Source: Patescibacteria group bacterium (GTDB lineage Bacteria; Patescibacteriota; Patescibacteriia; Patescibacteriales; JBAZCA01). From it: a stretch of 64,000 nt of DNA. The stretch covers positions 76,201-140,200 of the forward strand of contig JBAZUF010000002.1 of assembly GCA_041661505.1 (NCBI GenBank). The letters run 5' to 3'. This document shows positions 21,471 to 29,288 of this stretch, piece by piece. Numbering within the stretch: position 1 is the stretch's first letter; each line of letters starts with the position of its first letter. The notes under the pieces are model-generated. The model was not told the origin of the DNA. It saw only the letters and a program-made list of their open reading frames with translations, and made no database searches. A program made the translations under genes and the position numbers.

Positions 21471-21569
21471 TGGCTGGGGAGAGGCTCGAACTCTCGACCT
21501 TGGCGTTATGAGTGCCACGCTCCCCGCCCGTACCGAACGGTACGTTCGGGCGGGTAACCAGCTGAGCTA
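21471..21569 (-). pseudogene. aberrant tRNA-Met(CAT)-like copy: 32-nt insertion in the D-loop and no 5' acceptor strand
   Basis: Aligns to the adjacent intact tRNA from position 8 to the 3' end. TCTAAGA replaces GGCTGGG. The insertion lies between GGTTA and GAGC. Confidence 0.75.
21523..21554. repeat. GC-rich palindromic element copy P1
   Basis: CCCGCCCGTACCGAACGGTACGTTCGGGCGGG. A near-identical copy lies at 24773-24805. Confidence 0.85.
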
Positions 21570-21585
21570 TCTTAGATTAAGTGTG

Positions 21586-21659
21586 TGGCTGGGGAGGGGA
21601 TCGAACCCTCGACCTTAGCGTTATGAGTGCTACGCTCTAACCAGCTGAGCTACCCAGCC
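21586..21659 (-). tRNA. tRNA with CAT anticodon (elongator Met or Ile2; not initiator-like)
   Basis: Acceptor GGCTGGG/CCCAGCC, loop CTCATAA, T-arm GAGGG-TTCGATC-CCCTC. Confidence 0.85.
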
Positions 21660-21676
21660 ATATTTAATTTTCTTTG

Positions 21677-21748
21677 TGCGCCCGGCAGGAGTCGAACCCA
21701 CACCACTTGGTCCGAAGCCAAGCACTCTATCCATTGAGCTACGGGCGC
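21677..21748 (-). tRNA. tRNA-Arg (anticodon TCG)
   Basis: Acceptor GCGCCCG/CGGGCGC, anticodon arm CTTGG-CTTCGGA-CCAAG. Confidence 0.8.
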
Positions 21749-21898
21749 GCTTTGCGGGAAATGTTCGCGCAATACTTATTAACACAAACTCGTCATTTAT
21801 AAATAGCCCCGATACCGGGACTATTTTGATATTAGAACAAAATCTCTCAAAAAGTCAAATCTAGCTGCTTTTTTAAGCGATTCTCTTTTTCCGCACTT

Positions 21899-22180
21899 TT
21901 ATCTCCCTTTTAAAGCGTCCTTCAAGGTTTTACCGGTTTTAAACTTGGCGACCGTCACTTCCGGAATCTGAATCCTTTCGTTAGGCTTTTGCGGATTAAC
22001 TCCGCCGCGGGAATGGCGCTTTCTCGGAATAAAAGTTCCGAAGCCGGCGATGCGGACTTCATTTCCGGCCTTGAGTTCGCTGATGATGATTGTCACCAAG
22101 GCTTCAAGCATGGACTCGGCCTGTTTTCTTGTTGCCGGGGCTTCAGCTGCGATTTTTTCGATTAGTTGGGCTTTGTTCAT
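21899..22180 (-). CDS. hup: DNA-binding protein HU
   Basis: 93 aa. MNKAQLIEKIA...GFGTF...R.GRNP-like arm (RHSRGGVNPQKP). Confidence 0.95.
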   Translation of the reverse strand: MNKAQLIEKIAAEAPATRKQAESMLEALVTIIISELKAGNEVRIAGFGTFIPRKRHSRGGVNPQKPNERIQIPEVTVAKFKTGKTLKDALKGR

Positions 22181-22184
22181 AATT

Positions 22185-22240
22185 GATATGAGCGGGTCCG
22201 CACGCTGACAGCGTGCGGACGAGCGAATAAAATTATATCA
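22185..22240 (-). promoter_or_regulatory. conserved promoter plus 5'-hairpin motif, copy R1 (upstream of hup)
   Basis: Minus strand reads TGATATAAT (extended -10), then TTCGCTCGTCC, a 10-bp hairpin GTCCGCACGC-TGTCA-GCGTGCGGAC, then CTCATATCAATT and the ATG. Paralogous copy at 43387-43436. Confidence 0.55.
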
Positions 22241-22253
22241 TTGATATATTGAA

Positions 22254-23060
22254 TTACTTTATTTCTACGAACTCCGTTATCCTTTTTATAGACTTGGCTT
22301 TTCTGGTTTTCTCGTCAATCGCAATTACCACCGCGTTGAATATCGCCCGCCCCCTATCCGGAATAACGTGGGCGCGGCTGATGCCATCCAAATAGGTCTC
22401 CAAAACTTTTTCTTTTTCCACTCCAATTATCCCGTCGGCGAACCCAGCCATTCCGGCATCCGTAATATACGCCGTTTTATTTTTCGTAATTTCTTCGTCC
22501 GCGGTTTGGACATGAGTATGCGTCCCTATCACTGCCGAAACCCTTCCGTCAAGGTAATTTTTCAAAGCAACTTTTTCCGAAGTGGCTTCAGCGTGGATAT
22601 CAATAATTATAGCAGAAAGGTTTTTAGCAGGCAAGCTAGGATTAGCTAAAATTCTATCTACCTCGCGGAAGGGGCAATCGTATGGAGTTTTGAAGAAAAC
22701 CCGGCCGATTAAATTTATAATCAGAACTTTAAATTTGTTTTTTTTCAAAACAAAGAATCCTTTTCCCGGCGCCGATTGCGGCCAATTAGCCGGCCGTAAA
22801 ATCGGTAAGTCAGACGGATATACATTCTCCAAACTTTTTTCCCGGTCAAAGGCGTGATCGCCGCCGGTAAAAAAATCGATTCCAGAATCCATCAACTCTT
22901 TAATCGTTGCTTCGGTAACGCCTTTGCCATGCGCAATATTGTCGGCATTGGCGATTACCAAATCGATTTTATTTTCTTTTTTTATTTTCGGCAAAAGTTT
23001 GGCAATGGCTTCCCGCCCGACTCTGCCCGACACGTCGCCGATAAAGAGAACCTTTAACAT
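22254..23060 (-). CDS. ymdB: YmdB-like metallophosphoesterase (TIGR00282 type)
   Basis: MLKVLFIGDVSGRVGR...NADNIAHGKG. Downstream of rny, as in Firmicutes. Confidence 0.9.
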   Translation of the reverse strand: MLKVLFIGDVSGRVGREAIAKLLPKIKKENKIDLVIANADNIAHGKGVTEATIKELMDSGIDFFTGGDHAFDREKSLENVYPSDLPILRPANWPQSAPGKGFFVLKKNKFKVLIINLIGRVFFKTPYDCPFREVDRILANPSLPAKNLSAIIIDIHAEATSEKVALKNYLDGRVSAVIGTHTHVQTADEEITKNKTAYITDAGMAGFADGIIGVEKEKVLETYLDGISRAHVIPDRGRAIFNAVVIAIDEKTRKAKSIKRITEFVEIK

Positions 23061-23074
23061 AGATTAACAATTAT

Positions 23075-23115
23075 CAATTATAAATTTTCAATTGATCATT
23101 GGAAATTTATAATTG
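23075..23115. repeat. perfect 13-bp AT-rich inverted repeat in the rny-ymdB spacer
   Basis: CAATTATAAATTT (23075-23087) and AAATTTATAATTG (23103-23115), separated by 15 nt. Confidence 0.8.
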
Positions 23116-23116
23116 A

Positions 23117-24631
23117 TTATCTCGCATATTCGGTTACCCGCATCTCGCGGATGACGTTCACTTTTATTTCACCCGGATATTTTAATTCTTCCTCGATTTT
23201 TTTGGCGATGTTTCTTGCCATATTATAGGATTCGACGTCGGATACGGTTTCTGGGGTAACGAAGATTCGGACTTCCCGTCCGGCTTGTATTGCAAAAGCT
23301 TTTTCCACCCCTTCAAACGAGGTGGCAATCCGCTCCAGTTCTTCTAACCGCTGGATGTAGCGCTCATAAGTATCCGACCGGGCGCCCGGCCTTGAAGCCG
23401 AAATGGCATCCGCCACCTTTACAATCACCGCCACCAAGCCTTTAGGCCGGTCGTCATGATGGGTTTCAATCGGATCGATAATTTCTTGGGGCAGGTTGAA
23501 TTTACGGGCAATATCCCGGCCGATTTCCGGATGAGTGCCCTTAACTTCATGGTCAACGGCTTTGCCGATGTCGTGCAAAAGTCCGCTCTTTTTCGCTAAA
23601 GTTACGTCGGCTCCGAGTTCCGAAGCTAAAAGCGTTGCCAAATGCGCTACTTCTACCGAGTGGTGCAAAGCGTTTTGGCCATAGCTGGTCCGATACTTGA
23701 GCCTTCCTAAAATTTGCACTAATTTAGGATCAAAGCCGGTTACGCCGACGTCAAACATAGCTTCTTCGCCGGCCTTTTTAATATCAATCGCCAGCTCCCG
23801 CTTTGATTCTTCAATCGCGTCTTCAATTTTAGTCGGATGAATCCGGCCGTCTAAAATTAGCTTGTCTAATGTCCTTTTGGCAATATGCCTCCTAATCGCG
23901 GAAAATCCGGAAACCGTAATGGCGTTTGGCGTATCGTCAACGATTATTTCGGTTCCGGTCAATTTTTCGATAGTTTTTATATTCCGGCCTTCGCGCCCGA
24001 TAATCCGGCCCTTCATTTCGTCTGACGGCAAATCAACGACCGTCGTCGTTACTTCCGGAGTATAGGAGGAAACGAGCCTTTGCATCGATTCGGCCATTAT
24101 GCACCGGGCTTTTTCTTCCCAAATTTCTGTCGCTTCGCATTCTAATTTCTTAATCCGAATCATTAAGTCCTCTTTTGATTCTTCCTCAATTTTTTTATAC
24201 AGCACTTCGCGGGCTTCTTCTTTATTCATTCCGGCAATTTCCTCAAGTTTTTTGGTTTGCGCCTCCATAATCTCTTTCACTTTGGCCTTAACTTCTTCCA
24301 CCCGGTTAACTTTGTCGTACAAAGCCTGCTGTTTTTCCTGCAGTTCCAAAAGCTTCTGGGAAAAAGTGCTTTCCCGTTTTTCTAAACGCGATTGCAGGCC
24401 TTTTAATTCCTGCCGGCGCCTTTCTTCATCCCGCTTGGCTTCTTCAATGATTTTTAAAGCCTTGTCCTGGGCTTTGAGTAAAACTTCCGTGTGTTTGGAT
24501 TTGGCTTCGGTTAAAATCTTTTCCGCTTTGTCTTCAGCCCCTTTGGTTCTCATGGCCTGCCGCTTTTTCATGGCAAAATAGCCAACAAAAAAACCGCCAA
24601 CAGCCAGAATTAATCCGATTAAATATTCCAT
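23117..24631 (-). CDS. rny: ribonuclease Y
   Basis: N-terminal TM segment, coiled coil, KH domain and HD domain (HHSVEVAHL...LLHDIGK). Confidence 0.95.
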   Translation of the reverse strand: MEYLIGLILAVGGFFVGYFAMKKRQAMRTKGAEDKAEKILTEAKSKHTEVLLKAQDKALKIIEEAKRDEERRRQELKGLQSRLEKRESTFSQKLLELQEKQQALYDKVNRVEEVKAKVKEIMEAQTKKLEEIAGMNKEEAREVLYKKIEEESKEDLMIRIKKLECEATEIWEEKARCIMAESMQRLVSSYTPEVTTTVVDLPSDEMKGRIIGREGRNIKTIEKLTGTEIIVDDTPNAITVSGFSAIRRHIAKRTLDKLILDGRIHPTKIEDAIEESKRELAIDIKKAGEEAMFDVGVTGFDPKLVQILGRLKYRTSYGQNALHHSVEVAHLATLLASELGADVTLAKKSGLLHDIGKAVDHEVKGTHPEIGRDIARKFNLPQEIIDPIETHHDDRPKGLVAVIVKVADAISASRPGARSDTYERYIQRLEELERIATSFEGVEKAFAIQAGREVRIFVTPETVSDVESYNMARNIAKKIEEELKYPGEIKVNVIREMRVTEYAR

Positions 24632-24772
24632 AGTCTTTAATTCCGCGTTTAGAGGTTTGGTGTGAACTGTTTATTAACAGTTGTTTGATTCAGTTTTCAA
24701 CTTTTGAGAATTACTTTTTGGCCAAAGCAAAATTAAGCAAATTGGCTTTGCCCGAAAGGAGATTTTGATAGA

Positions 24773-24805
24773 CCCGCCCGTACCGAACGGCACGTTCGGG
24801 CGCGG
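24773..24805. repeat. GC-rich palindromic element copy P2
   Basis: CCCGCCCGTACCGAACGGCACGTTCGGGCGCGG. Differs from P1 by one substitution and one 1-nt indel. Intergenic. Confidence 0.85.
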
Positions 24806-24975
24806 TAATTAGCATTTTGGCTAAAGTTTTGAAGATTTGGCTAATTATAGCTTTATAATTCTCAAATAATTTCATACCCGATTCCGAATTTTCCTCTAAA
24901 AACAGAACAATAATAAATTACTACTTAAAAGCTACCATATCGCCCGCTTCTTGGCAAGCTTGAAAATCAAGCGAG

Positions 24976-25004
24976 TTGACTAAACCCTCTTTTTCCCGTA
25001 AACT
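24976..25004 (+). promoter_or_regulatory. candidate infB promoter
   Basis: TTGACT, 17-nt spacer, TAAACT. Confidence 0.4.
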
Positions 25005-25023
25005 TAAATAAAATTAAGCGCTC

Positions 25024-27030
25024 ATGGGTCTGCTTTTATGCATGTCCGGGGCTAAAATATCAACCATGAATATCTCCGAGCTAGCCAGAAGACTCCGAAT
25101 CAACCCAGTCGAGCTAAGGGAAAAACTGCCTCTGCTCGGGATTCATATTGGACTAAAAGCCATTAAAATAGACGATCATACGGCCCAAAGGATCATCCGC
25201 GAATGGCCCCAGCTAATGAGGAGGCTAAACCAATCAATTCTGCCCGGTGAAATGGATAAGGCCCAAGCCCAGAGCGCGGAGAAAAAGAAGGTTTTGATTC
25301 CGCGGCAAATTAAAGTCCGGGAGTTTGCTGATTTGGCGCAACTGCCGGTTTCTAAAGTACTGGCCGAGCTCATGAAAAACGGGGTTTTTGTTTCCTTGAA
25401 CGAAGAAATAGATTTTGATACGGCCGCTGTAATCGGCGCCGATCTTGGTCTGGAAATTGAGGCGCTCCCTGAAACCGAGGCCCATGCCGCGAAAGACAAA
25501 ATATCCATTGATGATTTGATAAAAAAAGAAGTGGTCGGAGACTTAAAGCCCCGGCCGCCGGTAATCGTCGTTATGGGGCATGTTGACCACGGAAAAACCA
25601 AATTACTCGATGCCATCCGGCGCACTAACGTCGTCGACAAGGAAGCCGGAGGAATCACCCAGCATATCGGCGCTTATCAGGTGGAAAGGAAAGAGCGAAA
25701 AATTACTTTTATCGATACCCCCGGCCATGAAGCTTTTACAGCCATGCGTTCGCGCGGCGCTAAAGTGGCGGACATTGCCATTTTGGTTGTTGCCGCCGAC
25801 GACGGGGTTATGCCCCAAACAACCGAGGCGTTCCAAATTATCAAAGCCGCCGGAGTGCCGTTTGTCGTCGCCATCAACAAAATCGACAAACCGGAAGCCG
25901 ATATCAACAAAACCAAACAGGAGCTTTCGACAAAGTTAAATATCACGCCCGAAGACTGGGGAGGAAAAACCGTCGTTGTTCCGGTTTCAGCGAAAGTCGG
26001 AACCGGCATTGAAGAATTGCTAGACATCATACTGCTTACCGCCGATCTTGACCCGGAAAAGATTAAAGCCAATCCGGACACGGACGCGGTAGGAACGATT
26101 ATCGAATCGCATATCGACAAAGGCGAAGGGCCGGTCGCGACGATTTTAGTCCAAAACGGCCGCCTAAAAGTCGGCAATCAGCTTACCAAAGACGGAGTGA
26201 TCTTCGGGAAAGTTCGGGCCTTAAAAAATTATTTGGGAGAAAATATCGAATCCGCCGGACCGTCCAACCCGGCTAAAATCATCGGCTTGAAAGCCGCGCC
26301 GGCAGTCGGTGATATCCTGCAGGTCGGCGAAGGGAAAAGAGCGGTAATGCGCGATCTGCGCTTGCCGAAGAAAATGGGCGCCGGAAAGGAAAAACCGGCT
26401 GAAGGATTGTCGGCCGCCAAAACGATAAACGTCGTAGTTAAAAGCGATGTTTTAGGATCGGCCGAAGCTATTGACGAATCCTTGCAAAAAATTTCCAACC
26501 CGGAAGTAAAAATTGATGTCATCTTCAAGGGTTTGGGGAATGTTTCCGAATCAGATATCACCCGGGCCGAAGCGACCGGCGCGCAAATTTTAGGGTTCAA
26601 CGTAAAAGTGCCAGCCGCGCTTATCGAATTGGCCCGCGAGAAAAACGTAAAAATAACTTTGTATAGCATCATCTACAATTTGATTAATGACATTAAGTCG
26701 CAGATGGAGGATTTGTTTGAACCAGTAATCAAGCGGACGGATTTAGGAAAATTAAAAGTGCTCGCAATATTTAAAACCGAAAAGGCGCGGCAAGTTGTCG
26801 GCGGAAAAGTTATTGACGGAAAAATCGAAAAAGATTCGCTTATTGAAGTCGTCCAGGGCGATGAAATAAAAACCCGGGGCAAATTATTAAAGCTACAAAT
26901 CCAAAAGCAGGAAGTGCCGGATTGTTCTGAAGGCCAGGAATGCGGAATTGAATACGAAGGCGATCCGGTAATCGTGGCCGGCGACATTCTGCAATTCTAC
27001 AAAGAAGAAAAAATCAAAAAGAAATTCTAA
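25024..27030 (+). CDS. infB: translation initiation factor IF-2
   Basis: G domain GHVDHGKT...DTPGH...NKID. The alternative start ATG 25066 (MNISELARRL) is equally plausible. Confidence 0.95.
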   Translation: MGLLLCMSGAKISTMNISELARRLRINPVELREKLPLLGIHIGLKAIKIDDHTAQRIIREWPQLMRRLNQSILPGEMDKAQAQSAEKKKVLIPRQIKVREFADLAQLPVSKVLAELMKNGVFVSLNEEIDFDTAAVIGADLGLEIEALPETEAHAAKDKISIDDLIKKEVVGDLKPRPPVIVVMGHVDHGKTKLLDAIRRTNVVDKEAGGITQHIGAYQVERKERKITFIDTPGHEAFTAMRSRGAKVADIAILVVAADDGVMPQTTEAFQIIKAAGVPFVVAINKIDKPEADINKTKQELSTKLNITPEDWGGKTVVVPVSAKVGTGIEELLDIILLTADLDPEKIKANPDTDAVGTIIESHIDKGEGPVATILVQNGRLKVGNQLTKDGVIFGKVRALKNYLGENIESAGPSNPAKIIGLKAAPAVGDILQVGEGKRAVMRDLRLPKKMGAGKEKPAEGLSAAKTINVVVKSDVLGSAEAIDESLQKISNPEVKIDVIFKGLGNVSESDITRAEATGAQILGFNVKVPAALIELAREKNVKITLYSIIYNLINDIKSQMEDLFEPVIKRTDLGKLKVLAIFKTEKARQVVGGKVIDGKIEKDSLIEVVQGDEIKTRGKLLKLQIQKQEVPDCSEGQECGIEYEGDPVIVAGDILQFYKEEKIKKKF

Positions 27031-27146
27031 TATCTGGGCCGTCATATAATTAGCCCATCCATGCCATTTTTCATCATCAACAAAAAAGCGCCCCTTGCCT
27101 GGGACGTTTTTTTTAAGTTTAACCAATTTACTAGGCTGGTGCGTTT

Positions 27147-28328
27147 TCAAGCTTTTACTTTTCTTAAAGCCAGGCTAAAAGCTAATATTGAGATTACTCC
27201 GATGGCCGTGCCGAATAAAAATGTCGCTTCCGGATTTATTTTACTCCAAAGCATGCCGGCAATATATCCGGCCGGAAGAGCCGCCAAGCCGGTAAAGGTA
27301 TGGAAAGTCCCGAGAGCCGTACCTTTGATATCGGCCGGCGCGAGATCGGAGACAAAGGCGCGCTGGACGCCGTCCACCAAAGCAAAAAATATCCCGAAAA
27401 GGATAAAAGAAATTATCGTATAAACCATTCCGCTAAAAAGAAAAAGCCCGAAGGAAAGGACGGTAAACATGCCGTAGCCGGCTAGAAGCACGGGCTTTCT
27501 TCCGATTTTATCCGACCAGGAACCGGCTTTCATGGAAAGCAAAGTGTAAATTAAATAAAAAAGGGCGTAGAGCATAATAACTTTCTCATTTCCGAGTCCG
27601 TCATTTTTCGCCCGGAGCATTAAAAAAGCGTAATTGTAATTTCCCAAAGTAAAAATTGTCGCGATTAAAATAAAAATTTTTAGCTCCCGGGTTAACTCTT
27701 TAAATCCCACCCTAAGGGAAACTTTTTTTCTCTCAACCGCCGCCGCGCGCTTTGGCTCTTTAACAAAAAATATTACGGCTACGGAAATAAGGCCGGGAAT
27801 AATCGCGAGCTTAAACAGGCTGATAAACCCAAAAATCGGGAGAAGTAAAGCGGCGGCTACGGCTCCGCCGACCGAACCGGCGCCGTCCATGGCGCGATGA
27901 AAGCCGTAAGCTTTGCCCATGGTTTTTTGTTCGTTTGATTCGGCGATGATAGCGTCGCGCGGCGCGTCCCGGAGGCCCTTTCCTACCCGATCCAGAATCC
28001 GGATTCCTAATACCGCGCCCCAGTTGGCGGCAAAAGCTAAAACCGGCTTCATTATTGCCGATAAAGTATAGCCGAAAAATACAAACGGTTTCCGCTTTTT
28101 TATTTTGTCTGACCAAAAGCCGGAAACTACTTTTAATAATGAGGCGGTCGCTTCCGCCGCCCCTTCTATTACGCCAACCGCCACCGCGCCACCGCCTAAA
28201 ACTGACGTCACGAACAAAGGCAGTAAAGGAAAAACCATCTGCCCGCTTAAGTCAGTCAAAAGGCTAACTACACCGAGGATTATTACATTCCGCGATATGC
28301 CGGAGAAAATTTTTTTGAAGCTATTCAT
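27147..28328 (-). CDS. MFS transporter
   Basis: 393 aa with about 12 predicted TM helices. Loop motif GRILDRVGKG between TM2 and TM3. Confidence 0.85.
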   Translation of the reverse strand: MNSFKKIFSGISRNVIILGVVSLLTDLSGQMVFPLLPLFVTSVLGGGAVAVGVIEGAAEATASLLKVVSGFWSDKIKKRKPFVFFGYTLSAIMKPVLAFAANWGAVLGIRILDRVGKGLRDAPRDAIIAESNEQKTMGKAYGFHRAMDGAGSVGGAVAAALLLPIFGFISLFKLAIIPGLISVAVIFFVKEPKRAAAVERKKVSLRVGFKELTRELKIFILIATIFTLGNYNYAFLMLRAKNDGLGNEKVIMLYALFYLIYTLLSMKAGSWSDKIGRKPVLLAGYGMFTVLSFGLFLFSGMVYTIISFILFGIFFALVDGVQRAFVSDLAPADIKGTALGTFHTFTGLAALPAGYIAGMLWSKINPEATFLFGTAIGVISILAFSLALRKVKA

Positions 28329-28413
28329 AATATAAATATTCTAACACATTCATTAAATATTGATGAGGATAGCTTGCTAACATAAAAACACCCTATAAAG
28401 GATGTTTTTAGTG

Positions 28414-28487
28414 TGGACAATATAGGACTCGAACCTATAACCCCCTCGGTGTAAACGAGGTGCTCTAGCCAATTGAGCTAATTGTCC
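28414..28487 (-). tRNA. tRNA-Val (anticodon TAC)
   Basis: Acceptor GGACAAT/ATTGTCC (same as the CAC isoacceptor). Anticodon arm CCTCG-TTTACAC-CGAGG. Confidence 0.9.
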
Positions 28488-28491
28488 CGAC

Positions 28492-28537
28492 AGTGGGCGG
28501 GAGAGGACTCCCTGCCTGCCGGCAGGCAGGGAACCTC
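28492..28537 (-). pseudogene. tRNA-Leu-like 3' fragment (T-arm plus acceptor strand) split in the T-loop by a perfect 20-nt palindrome
   Basis: Removing CCTGCCTGCCGGCAGGCAGG (28511-28530) leaves GTGGGCGGGAGAGGACTCGAACCTC. This nearly matches the 3' end of tRNA-Leu(TAG) at 44549 (GTGGGCGAGAGAGGACTTGAACCTC). Confidence 0.7.
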
Positions 28538-28553
28538 AATTGCCTGCTATATG

Positions 28554-28637
28554 TGCCGCAGAAGGGACTCGAACCCTTACGCTCTTGAGAGCACCAGCCC
28601 CTCAAGCTGGCCTGTCTACCGGTTTCAGCACTGCGGC
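28554..28637 (-). tRNA. tRNA-Leu (anticodon GAG)
   Basis: Type II tRNA: acceptor GCCGCAG/CTGCGGC, anticodon arm CCAGC-TTGAGGG-GCTGG, long variable arm. Confidence 0.9.
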
Positions 28638-28653
28638 CTTTATCGCCGGCATA

Positions 28654-29016
28654 TTATTTAACCTTTTTCTCCTTAAGTTTCTTTTTGTAGCCGCGTTTTA
28701 AGAAGTAGAGTTTAGCGCGTCCGACTTTAGCTTGCCTTTTTATGTCCACCTTGGTGATGGTCGGCAAATGGACCGGAAAAATTTTTTCCACCTCCACTCC
28801 GTCGGACATTTTCCGGACCGTAACGGTTCCGCCCGGTTCTTTTCCGTGGCGGCAGGCGATCACCATACCCTCAAAATACTGGACCCTTTCCTTTTCCTCG
28901 CCTTTAACTGAAAGTTCTTTTATTTTTTGGTGGATGCGGACCGTCATGCCCGGTTTTAAGTCAAAAAGTTTAACGGATTTTTTTTCGGTTGTTTCCTTTA
29001 TTTTTGTAGCGGTCAT
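28654..29016 (-). CDS. rplS: 50S ribosomal protein L19
   Basis: 120 aa with a typical L19 core (FKPGMTVRIH...RVQYFEG...RK). Confidence 0.95.
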   Translation of the reverse strand: MTATKIKETTEKKSVKLFDLKPGMTVRIHQKIKELSVKGEEKERVQYFEGMVIACRHGKEPGGTVTVRKMSDGVEVEKIFPVHLPTITKVDIKRQAKVGRAKLYFLKRGYKKKLKEKKVK

Positions 29017-29188
29017 AATCGAAAATTAATGAAATTTTATTAAAATCGCAAGGTTAATCAAAAATAATCCCGCCAATAGCAGGATATGCATCAAACTATG
29101 CATTAAACATAGAAGAATTATACTACTTTTTGAAAAATAGTCAACCTGGGGCTCGATTTCCGGCCCCATTCCGCCGGGCGGACGATCC

Positions 29189-29217
29189 TTGATTTTCCCC
29201 CTAATCTATGTTATGCT
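29189..29217 (+). promoter_or_regulatory. candidate rpsO promoter
   Basis: TTGATT, 17-nt spacer with a TG at the extended -10 position, then TATGCT. Confidence 0.45.
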
Positions 29218-29288
29218 TTGGGTAATCTTAAAAATTAATTCTATCCCTTTCTCGGGTTTAGGCGCGGACTAACGCCACTCCTGGGAAA

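Noticed and set aside
21471-21659. Integrated mobile element using tRNA-Met as attB (att duplication)
   Set aside because: The partial copy lies only 16 nt from the intact tRNA, so nothing is enclosed. No integrase or phage-like genes flank it. The copies differ by compensatory changes, whereas att duplications would be identical.
21333-21864. ORFs 21333-21557, 21415-21618 and 21676-21864 (+)
   Set aside because: They run straight across a terminator and three tRNA-derived sequences on the other strand, and their translations are not protein-like.
27061-27423. ORF 27061-27423(+) downstream of infB
   Set aside because: It overlaps the 3' part of the well-supported MFS transporter gene on the opposite strand and has no start context.
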